DNA from: an uncultured Bacteroidales bacterium
GTDB taxonomy: Bacteria > Bacteroidota > Bacteroidia > Bacteroidales > VadinHA17
DNA: 64,000 nucleotides
Reading direction: 5' to 3'
Assembly (NCBI GenBank): GCA_963737255.1
Contig: CAVTSB010000001.1
Location: 648,032-712,031, forward strand
The position numbers and the translations under genes were made by a program. The notes beneath the pieces were generated by a model that was given only the letters and a program-made list of their open reading frames with translations, searched no databases and had not been told where the DNA came from. Shown here one piece after another: positions 45,717-55,697 of the stretch. Position 1 is the stretch's first letter; every line of letters begins with the position of its first letter.

Positions 45717-48700
45717 TTAAAAGGTTACATTAACTCCCAGGTTGAAAGTCTTATTAAGAGGGTAGGCTGTGACGGAATTAGATTCCGGATCAAAATCAGT
45801 CAGCTTATCAAGTGTAAGCAGGTTTATCCCGTTAAAATAGACTCTCAGTCCGTTTATACCAAGCTTGCTGATCGCGTTCGGAAAACTATAGCCGAGTTCA
45901 AAATTTTTGAGCCTCATATAGTTGGTGTTCTGAAGCCAGTAAGTATTATTTTCGTTGTCTCTCCAGTATTCACCGTAGCGGTTCCATGTCCTGGGTTTTG
46001 ATGAGTTGATATTGTCTGCAGTCCATCTGCCTTCTGTATCAGCTGCGAGGAAGTTCCCCGACTCACCCTGCATCTCGTAATACCTGTTCACAACTGCACC
46101 GGTAGCCCATTGTACAAAAATGGCAGAATAGAAGTTCCTGTAAGAAAGATTGAGGTTCATACCTCCGGTAAATGTCGGCAGATCAGTCTTGTATTGCATG
46201 ACCCTGTCGAGGCCGTCAATTTTCTCATCCTTGTTGACATCCTCGAAAATAATATCTCCCGGACGTGCTCCGGCCCAATGCGGATAAGCGGCAACTGCTT
46301 CATCATCCTTGAAAACACCGATAGCCCTGTAATAGAGTGAGGAATTCATTGGATGACCGGTCGATTGCTGGTACTCAGGTATTCCTGGTGTTTCATCCCA
46401 GAATTTTATCCTGTTTTTCTGAAAACCGCTGTTTATTGAGACGTCATATGTAAAATTGCCCACCTTGTTATTATAGCCGACAGTGAATTCAAATCCCTGG
46501 TTGACGACTTTCCCGATATTCTCGCGTGGCAGTGTTAATCCGGTTGTTGCCGGAACTGAAGCATTCCTGTAGGTCAGAATATTAGTACGGAGGTTATAAA
46601 AATAGTCTCCTGACAAAGTCAGTCTGCCTTTAAAAAGCTGTGCATCAAAGCCTATATTTGACTGGTTGGCAACTTCCCAGGTAACATCAGGATTCGGAAT
46701 ACGGAGTTCACTCAGGATCTTGTTTTCAACGCTGTTGTTGAAGGTATATATCCCGTTCAGCGAACTGTTGTAGCCGTAGCTTGCAAGATACTGATAGGTA
46801 GCGATACGGTCATTACCTGTCTGTCCCCATGATCCGCGCAGCTTAAAATAGTTGACAATTGAAATGTTGTTTTTCCAGAAGTCTTCTTCCGACACCCTCC
46901 ATCCAAGGGAGACACCCGGGAAAAATCCGAATCTTTTACCCTCAGGGAATATATAGGAGCCATCATATCTCCAGACAAATTCCGCGAGATATTTTTGCAT
47001 ATAATTGTAATTGACCCTACCGAAATAATTGAGCCTGGCGCTGATCCCTGCAGATCCCGTATTGGTTTTTTCAAGGTCGCCGCCGGCAAAAAGCTGGTCG
47101 ATTGCAGTGGAAACAAAGTATTTACGGAATGCCGAAAACTCCATATCTTCCCCGTCGATCATCTCCGAACCGACCAGGATCTTGAAATCATGATTCCCTC
47201 CAAAATTATGTTCATAGTTTATGAGACCGTTAAGCGTGGTCCTTCTGCTGTCACCCATCTCCTGGGTAAGCTGAGGAGTGGAGAATCCTTTTTTCCCGAC
47301 AACCAGAACCGGATCGTTGTTTTCATCATAAGTTACTCCGTCCCAGTTGTACAGATACCAGGGTGTTTGCCATAGTTTCCCGTTTTCAATGGTTTTATCT
47401 ATTGCGGCATTACCTGTAAATGTCAATCCCCTGACCCATGGAATGGTGATGTCGAGTTTCAACCTGCTTTCGAATACATAAGTTTTTGTTTTATCATAGC
47501 CGGTCTGGCTTGTAGTTACCACAACCGGATTGTTCCCGTACTCGATGTCGGGCCCGTTCAGACCATTCGGCCAATAGGCAACGGAGGTCGGATAACCTCT
47601 CATGAGCATTGCAAAAATGTTGCTGGCAGAACGGGTCGGATAGTTCCTGTTTTCCTGGCGACCTGAAATATCAAAGCTCAGGTTGATATTCTTTGAAATT
47701 TTGCCATCAATATTGCTTCTGAAATTTGCCTGGGAATAGTTGGTTGCACTGTTCTTATAAATTGCATCCTGAAAATTTCCGCCAATTGAAACAAAGTACT
47801 TAAGGCTTTCAAATCCCCCGGTCACTGAAAAATTGGCTGACTGCTGCAGTGCGGCACGCTTGAATGTGGTGCCGAACCAGTCGGTGTTCGGATATGACCA
47901 TGGATCGGAACCGTCGGCATATTTCCCGATCTGTTCTTCAGTGTATCTCGGACTTTTCCCGGCATAAACATCAATTTCATTAAGCAAAGTTGCATATGTC
48001 GACGCATCAGCCATTTTGGGAATAACTGTCGGCATGCTCCATCCCTGGTTGAAGGTCAGATTAACCTGCGATTTCCCCATTGAACCACGTTTGGTGGTAA
48101 TAAGTATAACGCCGTTAGCGGCCTGCGCACCATAGATAGCGGCTGAAGCATCCTTCAATACGGTAACGCTTTCAATGTCATCGGGATTCAGGCGCTGCAT
48201 GCTTCTGTTTGCAATACCGTCGACAACGATGAGGGGAGAGTTGTCTCCGAGAGTATTCATTCCCCTGATCCTCAGAGTTGAGTTGTCATTTCCCGGTTCG
48301 CCGGAACGGGTAACAACAACAAGTCCCGGTAATCTCCCGGCAAATGTGTTTGTAAAGTTGATCGTCGAGGATGCTTTCAGGCTTTCAGCTTTAACAGCGC
48401 TTATGGAGCCTGTTATCGTAGCAGCTTTTTGGGTGCCGTAACCGACCACGACAACTTCCTGAAGTGAGGTAGTCTCCTGAACAAGTGCAACATCAACAGT
48501 CGTTTTGCCTCCCACAGAAATTTCCTGGGAAACATATCCGATAAATGAGAATACAAGGGTTGAATTCCTGTCAGTTAATTCTATGGTATATTTTCCGTCA
48601 CTGTCAGAGATTGCACCTGTAACGGTACCTTTTGCCTGAATATTTACACCCGGCATTACATCACCGCTTGCTGCGTCGGTAATTGTTCCTGATACCCGCA

Positions 48701-48863
48701 ACTGCTGCTGATCCCCCGTGTCGGGGATATCTGCCGACAGGATATTGGCCGGTAGTGCCGGCACCAATACCATCAGCAGAATCGTCAGTTTAATGATCCT
48801 TAAAAGATTCTTCGAACCGGTACCCGTACAGACCGGCCCAAACAAATAGTTTTTTTGTTTCAT
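45717..48863 (-). CDS. susC: SusC/RagA-family TonB-dependent transporter
   Basis: CarboxypepD_reg-like domain, plug (VVVGYGTQKA) and C-terminal ..GVNVTF. ATG at 48863 (MKQKNYLF) is preferred over the TTG at 48914. Confidence 0.9.
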   Translation of the reverse strand: MKQKNYLFGPVCTGTGSKNLLRIIKLTILLMVLVPALPANILSADIPDTGDQQQLRVSGTITDAASGDVMPGVNIQAKGTVTGAISDSDGKYTIELTDRNSTLVFSFIGYVSQEISVGGKTTVDVALVQETTSLQEVVVVGYGTQKAATITGSISAVKAESLKASSTINFTNTFAGRLPGLVVVTRSGEPGNDNSTLRIRGMNTLGDNSPLIVVDGIANRSMQRLNPDDIESVTVLKDASAAIYGAQAANGVILITTKRGSMGKSQVNLTFNQGWSMPTVIPKMADASTYATLLNEIDVYAGKSPRYTEEQIGKYADGSDPWSYPNTDWFGTTFKRAALQQSANFSVTGGFESLKYFVSIGGNFQDAIYKNSATNYSQANFRSNIDGKISKNINLSFDISGRQENRNYPTRSASNIFAMLMRGYPTSVAYWPNGLNGPDIEYGNNPVVVTTSQTGYDKTKTYVFESRLKLDITIPWVRGLTFTGNAAIDKTIENGKLWQTPWYLYNWDGVTYDENNDPVLVVGKKGFSTPQLTQEMGDSRRTTLNGLINYEHNFGGNHDFKILVGSEMIDGEDMEFSAFRKYFVSTAIDQLFAGGDLEKTNTGSAGISARLNYFGRVNYNYMQKYLAEFVWRYDGSYIFPEGKRFGFFPGVSLGWRVSEEDFWKNNISIVNYFKLRGSWGQTGNDRIATYQYLASYGYNSSLNGIYTFNNSVENKILSELRIPNPDVTWEVANQSNIGFDAQLFKGRLTLSGDYFYNLRTNILTYRNASVPATTGLTLPRENIGKVVNQGFEFTVGYNNKVGNFTYDVSINSGFQKNRIKFWDETPGIPEYQQSTGHPMNSSLYYRAIGVFKDDEAVAAYPHWAGARPGDIIFEDVNKDEKIDGLDRVMQYKTDLPTFTGGMNLNLSYRNFYSAIFVQWATGAVVNRYYEMQGESGNFLAADTEGRWTADNINSSKPRTWNRYGEYWRDNENNTYWLQNTNYMRLKNFELGYSFPNAISKLGINGLRVYFNGINLLTLDKLTDFDPESNSVTAYPLNKTFNLGVNVTF

Positions 48864-49118
48864 AGTTAGATTATTTTGAAGTTTTAAGTAGTATTTTGTT
48901 CTTTCGACTTTCAATGGGTTCTTTATCTCATAGGCTTGACGGATTTAGGTTAGACTTAGGGTAAAATGGGTTATATTTATAAAATTGTGATCAGGAACTG
49001 AGGTAAATGAAAGACTAAACTAATTATCTAACGACGGGTCAAATTTAACAAGACAATCGGGATTATTACAAAAATGTTACATTATAAAAGGAAGAAAATT
49101 ATTAAAGATTGTTAAAGG

Positions 49119-49146
49119 GGAGACCGGAGACGGGAGACCCGAGACC
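49119..49146. repeat. Heptanucleotide tandem array (GGAGACC GGAGACG GGAGACC CGAGACC)
   Basis: Read directly; lies 93 nt upstream of the ATG at 49239. Confidence 0.85.
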
Positions 49147-49238
49147 GAAGTGGATTTTAATTATTTTTCGTTACTTTACCTTCTGAAATTGTTACAATCG
49201 AAAGGTTAGCGAAATTCATTCCCACTAAATATAATGCC

Positions 49239-50495
49239 ATGAGAAAATTATTTTTGGCACTGTTTTTAGCCCTATTATCAATGGGCTTTTCAGAAGCCCA
49301 GGAAAAAAGCGTAAAACCATACCTTCGGATCCCGGTTATTGATCTTGACAATGAAACGTCACGGCAGGTTGTTGTCGATAAGGAAAACGGACAATACCTC
49401 GGACACCCCACAACAGTACTGCTCGAGGATGGAAAAACAATTCTTACGGTTTATCCGAAAGGACATGGTAAAGGAGCAATTGTTTACAAGAAAAGCACTG
49501 ACGGCGGACTTACATGGAGTGACCGTATACCTGTGCCCGAAAGCTGGAAGACTTCACTTGAAGTGCCTACAATCTTCAGGGTGATTGACCCTGCCGGTAA
49601 AAAAAGACTGATCGTATTCTCCGGATTGTTCCCTGCCAGGCTTGCCTGGTCTGAGGATGACGGAAAAACATGGAGTGAGCTGGAAAAGGCAGGCGACTGG
49701 GGCGGCGTTGTTGTAATGGCTTCACTCGCACCCCTCACTACGGGGAAAGGCCACTATATGGCATTGTTCCATGATGACCTGAGATTTATGACAGCTGACG
49801 GACAGGCAATATATGCTGAAGACAGGAAAACCAACAACCAGATATTGTTCACTCTTTTTAAAACCTTCTCATACGATGGCGGGCTCACCTGGTCGGCCCC
49901 CGAGCCAATCCTTAGCAGAAGGGATATCAATCTGTGCGAGCCGGGTCTGGTCAGATCTCCTGACGGGAAGCAACTTGCCGTGCTCCTGAGGGAAAATGCA
50001 AGGAGGGCAAACTCACAGATCATATTTTCGAAGGATGAGGGGAAGACGTGGACCGATCCCAGACCGCTCCCAAATGAACTCAACGGCGACAGGCATGTTA
50101 TTAAATACACACCTGACGGCAGGCTTCTCGTGGTATTCAGGGATATAAGTCCGTTGAGCTTCAGGAAAGACCTTGAAAAGGCGGCAAAGGAGAGGAATGA
50201 AGTCAACATGAGCAAAGTTGCGGCTGAAATCGGGCAGGGTAGTCCGACGGAAGGCGATTGGGCAGGATGGGTCGGTACGTGGAAAGACCTGGTAAAGGGG
50301 AAAAAAGGAGAGTACCGCATAAGGTTCAAAGATAATATGCACAGCTGGGATTGCTGTTACCCGGGTGTTGAGCTGCTTCCCGACGGGACATTTGTAACAA
50401 CCACCTACGGGCATTGGGAAAAGGATGTTCAGCCCTATATAATCAGTGTTAGGTTTAAAATGGAAGAGCTCGATGGGAAATTAAAAGGGAGATAA
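49239..50495 (+). CDS. BNR/Asp-box repeat protein (sialidase-like six-bladed propeller)
   Basis: Signal peptide and four Asp-boxes: STDGGLTW, SEDDGKTW, SYDGGLTW and SKDEGKTW. Confidence 0.75.
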   Translation: MRKLFLALFLALLSMGFSEAQEKSVKPYLRIPVIDLDNETSRQVVVDKENGQYLGHPTTVLLEDGKTILTVYPKGHGKGAIVYKKSTDGGLTWSDRIPVPESWKTSLEVPTIFRVIDPAGKKRLIVFSGLFPARLAWSEDDGKTWSELEKAGDWGGVVVMASLAPLTTGKGHYMALFHDDLRFMTADGQAIYAEDRKTNNQILFTLFKTFSYDGGLTWSAPEPILSRRDINLCEPGLVRSPDGKQLAVLLRENARRANSQIIFSKDEGKTWTDPRPLPNELNGDRHVIKYTPDGRLLVVFRDISPLSFRKDLEKAAKERNEVNMSKVAAEIGQGSPTEGDWAGWVGTWKDLVKGKKGEYRIRFKDNMHSWDCCYPGVELLPDGTFVTTTYGHWEKDVQPYIISVRFKMEELDGKLKGR

Positions 50496-50551
50496 ATGCA
50501 GAAGAAGAGACAAACTTATCATAAATCAACTAATTAATAAATTATGAAACC

Positions 50552-50604
50552 CACATGATTGACAAAGTCACAAACACGAATAAAATATAATTATCAATCA
50601 TGTG
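50552..50604. other. Inverted repeat CACATGATTGA / TCAATCATGTG with a 31-nt loop
   Basis: 11-bp perfect arms at 50552-50562 and 50594-50604, between the BNR gene and the lactonase-like gene. Confidence 0.6.
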
Positions 50605-50639
50605 TGGTTCCATCATACCTTTAAAGTCAAAATTATATA

Positions 50640-51761
50640 ATGATGAAAAGACACTTTAAGTTCATTTCAATCCTTTTGATTTTCACAGGCTTTACTTTTA
50701 CATCCTGCAAGGAAAACTCCACCCTGTTTGTAAGCGGATTCACCGGGAAAGAAGTTGAAAAAGGATTTTCAGTTTTTGAATTCAACAGCAGAAGCGGAGA
50801 ATTAAAGCTGGTTTCCGAGGCGGATGTAGGCCCCAGCCCTTCATACTTTTGTTATTCTGCAAAAAACCAACTTTTTTACCTGATAAATGAAGTTATGGAG
50901 TTCAGGGGGACATTTGGCGGCGGACTTTCAACGTTTAGATATGATGCCGCTACCGGTCAGATGCAGAAGCAGAATGAGATCCTGATACCCTATGGGGGCC
51001 CCTGTTTTATTTCCATGTCACCCGACAGCGGGTACCTTTTTGTGGCAAACTATCCGAACGGCTCCGTTGCGGTTGTAAGACTTGACAGCAGTGGCATACC
51101 CGAAAGCATAAGCGACACCATATTATATAATAAAGCTGAGCCTGATGCTTCACATGCACATATGATCCTGAACGATCCTTCGGGCAGAAATATCTACGTT
51201 ACCGATCTGGGCCTTGACAGGATAGTCGCCTATGATTTTGACTCCAGGGAAGGGAGGCTCAATCAGCGACAGAATGGGATTGCAACGGTTCCTGAAGGTT
51301 ACGGCCCGAGACATTTTGCCTTTGGTCCGGATGGGACAAAACTTTATTTAATCAATGAACTGGGATCGAAGATGATGGTATTCGACATCGGCGGGGGCGA
51401 AGGCTTCAGGCTTCTGCAGACATTGCCAACCGTGAAGGAGGGATCTGAAGTCAATAACTATTGCGCCGACGTGCACATAAGCAGCGATGGAAAATTCCTG
51501 TATGGTTCGAACAGGGGTGATAACTCGATCGTGACATTTACCATCGGAGCTGAAGGTCTTCTGAGCCTTGCCGGATATTCTTCGTGCGGCGGCGACTGGC
51601 CGAGGAATTTTGTGATTGATCCGTCGGGCAAATGGCTGCTGGTCGGAAATCAGAAATCAAACTATATTTCCGTCTTAAGAATTGATAATAAAACCGGCTT
51701 GCCCTCAGAGGTTGTGAAAAATGTGCCTGTAAACAGCCCGGCCTGCCTTAAGTTTTACTGA
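50640..51761 (+). CDS. Lactonase-type 7-bladed beta-propeller lipoprotein (6-phosphogluconolactonase-like family)
   Basis: Lipobox FTFTSCKE, and repeats resembling the PF10282 family (GPSPSYF, GGPCFISMSPD, GYGPRHFAFGPDG, GDWPRNFVIDPSG). Confidence 0.7.
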   Translation: MMKRHFKFISILLIFTGFTFTSCKENSTLFVSGFTGKEVEKGFSVFEFNSRSGELKLVSEADVGPSPSYFCYSAKNQLFYLINEVMEFRGTFGGGLSTFRYDAATGQMQKQNEILIPYGGPCFISMSPDSGYLFVANYPNGSVAVVRLDSSGIPESISDTILYNKAEPDASHAHMILNDPSGRNIYVTDLGLDRIVAYDFDSREGRLNQRQNGIATVPEGYGPRHFAFGPDGTKLYLINELGSKMMVFDIGGGEGFRLLQTLPTVKEGSEVNNYCADVHISSDGKFLYGSNRGDNSIVTFTIGAEGLLSLAGYSSCGGDWPRNFVIDPSGKWLLVGNQKSNYISVLRIDNKTGLPSEVVKNVPVNSPACLKFY

Positions 51762-52291
51762 TTGGCATACTGACCGCAATCGTGTTCCGTCATGATTATA
51801 TCAGTAATGTCATACCCTGATTCGGTGGCCTTTTTGAAAAGCCTGTCAAGGGTATCCTTATCAAGCTTATTTTCCCTTGCAAGGATCCAGAGGTATTTGA
51901 ATGAAGGTTCTCCTATCAGGACATAATTATAGTCCTTGTCGAGATCCATGATCCAGTAGTTTCCCTTAAATGGCCAGAAAAACTGAACCTTCAGTTTGGC
52001 AGGCACATTCCTGTCAGGAATTGTCGCCACGCCTTTTGCGGTTTTTATTTTTGCAGGGTCCGATATTAACCGGCCTTTATTCACGACAGTTATTTTTCCA
52101 TCATCCCTTAATATGTAGGTTGCCGTTATACATTTAAGTTTCGATTCGAAGGAGAACGGTTTCCTTGCGATCTCGTACCATGTTCCTGCATATTTTTTCA
52201 GATCCACCGCCGGTACCACAGCCAGGCTTTTCTGTCCATGTGAAGAATTAAACCACATAATAAGTATCATGATCAGGGGTAATTTTTTCAT
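51755..52291 (-). CDS. Bacterial lipocalin (Blc-like)
   Basis: GTWYEIAR lipocalin motif, 178 aa, signal peptide. Confidence 0.8.
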   Translation of the reverse strand: MKKLPLIMILIMWFNSSHGQKSLAVVPAVDLKKYAGTWYEIARKPFSFESKLKCITATYILRDDGKITVVNKGRLISDPAKIKTAKGVATIPDRNVPAKLKVQFFWPFKGNYWIMDLDKDYNYVLIGEPSFKYLWILARENKLDKDTLDRLFKKATESGYDITDIIMTEHDCGQYANQ

Positions 52292-52315
52292 TTTGATCAG
52301 GTTCTGTTAAGAATA

Positions 52316-52323
52316 CAAAATTA
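52316..52323 (-). promoter_or_regulatory. -7 box TAATTTTG upstream of the lipocalin gene
   Basis: Plus-strand CAAAATTA, 25 nt upstream of the ATG at 52291. Confidence 0.4.
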
Positions 52324-52496
52324 ATAAAAGTTATTCATGACAACCGGAGTATCTTAAAGAGTTAATATCTAAAGGTTTGTTCAGTAAGAAAATACCGATG
52401 CGGATTATGGCATGAGGCAAACTTTCCATTCCATTTATTTCTGACTCTAAAATTTTCTTTGTATCATTATTACCCGTTTTATGGAGGACTGTGCAG

Positions 52497-54056
52497 ATGA
52501 ACAGAAATGAATTGATTAAGACTCTGGAGGACCATCAGTCCACGGAGTGGGATATCATTGTGACAGGAGGGGGAGCCACCGGCCTGGGTATTGCCTTTGA
52601 TGCTGCCACGAGGGGATATAAGACGCTTTTACTTGAACAGTCCGACTTTTCAAAGGCCACATCGTCGAGGAGCACGAAGCTTGTTCACGGCGGCGTCCGT
52701 TACCTTGCCCAGGGTGATATTCTGCTTGTGACCGAAGCCTTGCATGAACGGGGATTAATGCTCAAGAATGCCCCTCATCTTACTGCCAACCAGGAATTTA
52801 TCATCCCCGTTTACACTTTATGGGATGTATTTTTATACTTTGTCGGTCTGAAGTTTTACGATCTGCTTGCGGGCAGGCTGAGCATGGGGAAATCTTATTT
52901 CATCAGCAGGTCAAAAACAATTGCCCGTTTGCCTGTCTTGAAATCGGAGAGCCTTAAAGGTGGAATTGTTTACCATGATGGCCAGTTTGACGACTCACGG
53001 ATGGCGATTGCCCTTGCTGAAAGGTGTGTCGCCTCCGGCGGGACAGTTCTGAACTATTTCAGGGTAATCAGTCTTATAAAGGATGAAAAAGGTAAAATAG
53101 AGGGGATTACAGCCAGGGATCAGATCTCAGGTAAAGAGTATATAATACATTCAAAGCTTGTAATAAATGCTACAGGTGTGTTTGCTGATGAAATTCACCG
53201 GATGGATAATCCTGCTGCTAAACCTACGATCCGTCCGAGTCAGGGGGTTCATGTTGTTATCGACAGCTCTTTCCTCAGGAGCAATTCAGCAATAATGATC
53301 CCGAAAACTGATGACGGCAGGGTGCTTTTTGCAATTCCCTGGTATGGCAAGGTGGTAGTCGGGACCACAGACACGCCACTGGATCATATCGGACTGGAAC
53401 CAAAAGCCCTTGATGAAGAGATCAGTTTCATTCTTAAAACGACCGCAAAATATCTTACACGACCTCCCCAAAGGAGTGATGTTCTATGCATCTTCGCAGG
53501 ATTGCGTCCGCTAGCGGCAAATCCTGACAATCCGGGCGCCACCAAAGAAGTTTCAAGGAGGCACAAGATCACTTTATCACGTTCGGGACTGCTCTCGATA
53601 ATTGGCGGCAAATGGACCTCCTACAGGCGAATGGCTGAGGAAACCATAAACAGGGCAATAAAATCAGGATTGATTGAAAAGAGGGAATGCAGGACCAAAA
53701 CCTTGAAATTATTTGACAATGGTATCAGTCTGAAATCTGACAGGCTAAAGATTTATGGAACAGGTGGAGCTGAAATTGAAAAAATGATAGAGAATCAACC
53801 CTCGCTGGGTCTTCCTGTTGACCCAAGATTCCCTTACACCAGGGCGGAGATCATCTGGATTTGCAGAAATGAGATGCCACAGACCCCTGAGGATGTGCTT
53901 GCCCGCAGAACGAGGGCTCTGTTCCTGGATGCCAGGGCAAGTCTTGAGATAGCTCCTGAAATTGCAATTCTTCTTGCAAAGGAACTTGGATTAGACAGGA
54001 CCTGGCAGGATGAGCAGCTTGAAAATTATAAAAATGTAATCAATAACTACTTGTAG
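52497..54056 (+). CDS. glpD: FAD-dependent glycerol-3-phosphate dehydrogenase
   Basis: DIIVTGGGATGLG FAD motif and GlpD-type C-terminal domain. ATG at 52497 (a GTG at 52491 is also possible). Confidence 0.85.
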   Translation: MNRNELIKTLEDHQSTEWDIIVTGGGATGLGIAFDAATRGYKTLLLEQSDFSKATSSRSTKLVHGGVRYLAQGDILLVTEALHERGLMLKNAPHLTANQEFIIPVYTLWDVFLYFVGLKFYDLLAGRLSMGKSYFISRSKTIARLPVLKSESLKGGIVYHDGQFDDSRMAIALAERCVASGGTVLNYFRVISLIKDEKGKIEGITARDQISGKEYIIHSKLVINATGVFADEIHRMDNPAAKPTIRPSQGVHVVIDSSFLRSNSAIMIPKTDDGRVLFAIPWYGKVVVGTTDTPLDHIGLEPKALDEEISFILKTTAKYLTRPPQRSDVLCIFAGLRPLAANPDNPGATKEVSRRHKITLSRSGLLSIIGGKWTSYRRMAEETINRAIKSGLIEKRECRTKTLKLFDNGISLKSDRLKIYGTGGAEIEKMIENQPSLGLPVDPRFPYTRAEIIWICRNEMPQTPEDVLARRTRALFLDARASLEIAPEIAILLAKELGLDRTWQDEQLENYKNVINNYL

Positions 54057-54087
54057 CGCAGGTAACAGGTATTAAAACTGACCTTAT

Positions 54088-55584
54088 ATGAACGATTTTA
54101 TTCTTGCATTGGATCAGGGAACAACCAGCTCGAGGGCAATTGTGTTCGACAGGAACGGTTTGCCGGCCGCAACGGCCCAAAAGGAATTTAAGCAAATTTA
54201 TCCTAAGCCGGGCTGGGTGGAACATGATCCGGAGGAGATCTGGTCGAGCCAGGCAGGCGTGGCTTCGGAAGCTTTGGCCAGGGCAGGACTTAAAAGCACG
54301 GATATTGCGGCAATTGGCATAACCAACCAGAGAGAAACAACGGTAGTATGGGACCGTGCAACCGGCAAGCCTGTTTATAATGCTATAGTGTGGCAGGACC
54401 GAAGGACGGCAGGTTTTTGCGACAATCTGAAAAATGAAGGATACGGAAAAACAATACTTGACCGGACAGGACTTATCATTGACGCCTACTTTTCGGCTAC
54501 CAAGGTGCGCTGGATACTCGACAATGTGAAAGATGCCAGGGAACTTGCCGGCAAGGGGAGGCTTGCTTTCGGAACCGTCGATACCTGGCTTATCTGGAAC
54601 CTGACGCAGGGCAGGCTTCATGTGACCGACGTTTCGAATGCTTCAAGGACAATGCTGTTCAATATTCATACTCTGAGCTGGGACAAGGAGCTGCTTGCGA
54701 TCTTTGATATTCCCGGATCTATGCTTCCGGAGGTCAGGTCCTCAAGCGATATTTACGGAGTTACTTCCGGACAATTTGCATCGGAGATACCCATTGCAGG
54801 TATAGCAGGCGACCAGCAGGCAGCACTTTTCGGACAGATGTGCACTGAACCAGGGATGGTAAAGAACACCTATGGCACAGGGTGCTTTATGATGATGAAC
54901 ATAGGGAGTAAACCTATTGAGTCAAAGAGCAGGCTGCTTACAACGGTGGCCTGGAAAATCGGAAATGAAACCACTTATGCACTTGAGGGGAGTATCTTTA
55001 TTGCGGGGGCAGTTGTCCAGTGGCTCCGCGACAGTATGGGGATAATTGCCGTTTCCGGGGATGTGGAGACACTTGCGGCAAAAGTAAGCGGCAGTGAGGG
55101 AGTCTATTTTGTACCTGCTTTCGCGGGTTTGGGCGCCCCGCACTGGAACCAGCATGCCAGGGGAACCATTGTGGGAATTACCCGCGGATCGACCTCTGCC
55201 CATATAGCAAGAGCAGCACTTGACAGCATTGCATTCCAGACACTCGAGGTATTGCTTGCCATGCAGAACGATTCAGGTATTGATATCCGGGAATTGCGTG
55301 TTGACGGAGGTGCAACGGTCAACAACAACCTTATGCAGTTCCAGTCCGACCTGTTGAGGGCAAAAGTTGTAAGACCGAGGATAACTGAAACGACAGCCCT
55401 GGGCGCTGCATATCTGGCCGGGATTGCAGTAAAATACTGGAACGGGATGGAGGAAATCAAAAAGCAATGGCAGATCGACAAGATATTTGCCCCGCAGATG
55501 GAAGCTGCGAAAACCGAATCTTTGATCAAAGGCTGGTACCGCGCCGTGAAGGCTGCTGAATTCTGGGCTTCAGCGGATGGATAA
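54088..55584 (+). CDS. glpK: Glycerol kinase
   Basis: [30 protein letters not shown] and [13 protein letters not shown] are canonical GlpK motifs. Confidence 0.95.
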   Translation: MNDFILALDQGTTSSRAIVFDRNGLPAATAQKEFKQIYPKPGWVEHDPEEIWSSQAGVASEALARAGLKSTDIAAIGITNQRETTVVWDRATGKPVYNAIVWQDRRTAGFCDNLKNEGYGKTILDRTGLIIDAYFSATKVRWILDNVKDARELAGKGRLAFGTVDTWLIWNLTQGRLHVTDVSNASRTMLFNIHTLSWDKELLAIFDIPGSMLPEVRSSSDIYGVTSGQFASEIPIAGIAGDQQAALFGQMCTEPGMVKNTYGTGCFMMMNIGSKPIESKSRLLTTVAWKIGNETTYALEGSIFIAGAVVQWLRDSMGIIAVSGDVETLAAKVSGSEGVYFVPAFAGLGAPHWNQHARGTIVGITRGSTSAHIARAALDSIAFQTLEVLLAMQNDSGIDIRELRVDGGATVNNNLMQFQSDLLRAKVVRPRITETTALGAAYLAGIAVKYWNGMEEIKKQWQIDKIFAPQMEAAKTESLIKGWYRAVKAAEFWASADG

Positions 55585-55604
55585 CAACTCGTAAGTAAAA
55601 AAAA

Positions 55605-55673
55605 GGCAACAGGCAGTTGGCAGTTGGCCCCGCAACCTGCAACCTGCAACCCGCACCCTGCAACCAGTAACAC
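55605..55673. repeat. Two adjoining heptanucleotide arrays (GGCAACA GGCAGTT GGCAGTT, then GCAACCT x2, GCAACCC, GCACCCT, GCAACCA, GTAACAC)
   Basis: Read directly; fills most of the glpK-glpF spacer. Confidence 0.9.
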
Positions 55674-55697
55674 TTAACTAATCATCACTAATTAACT

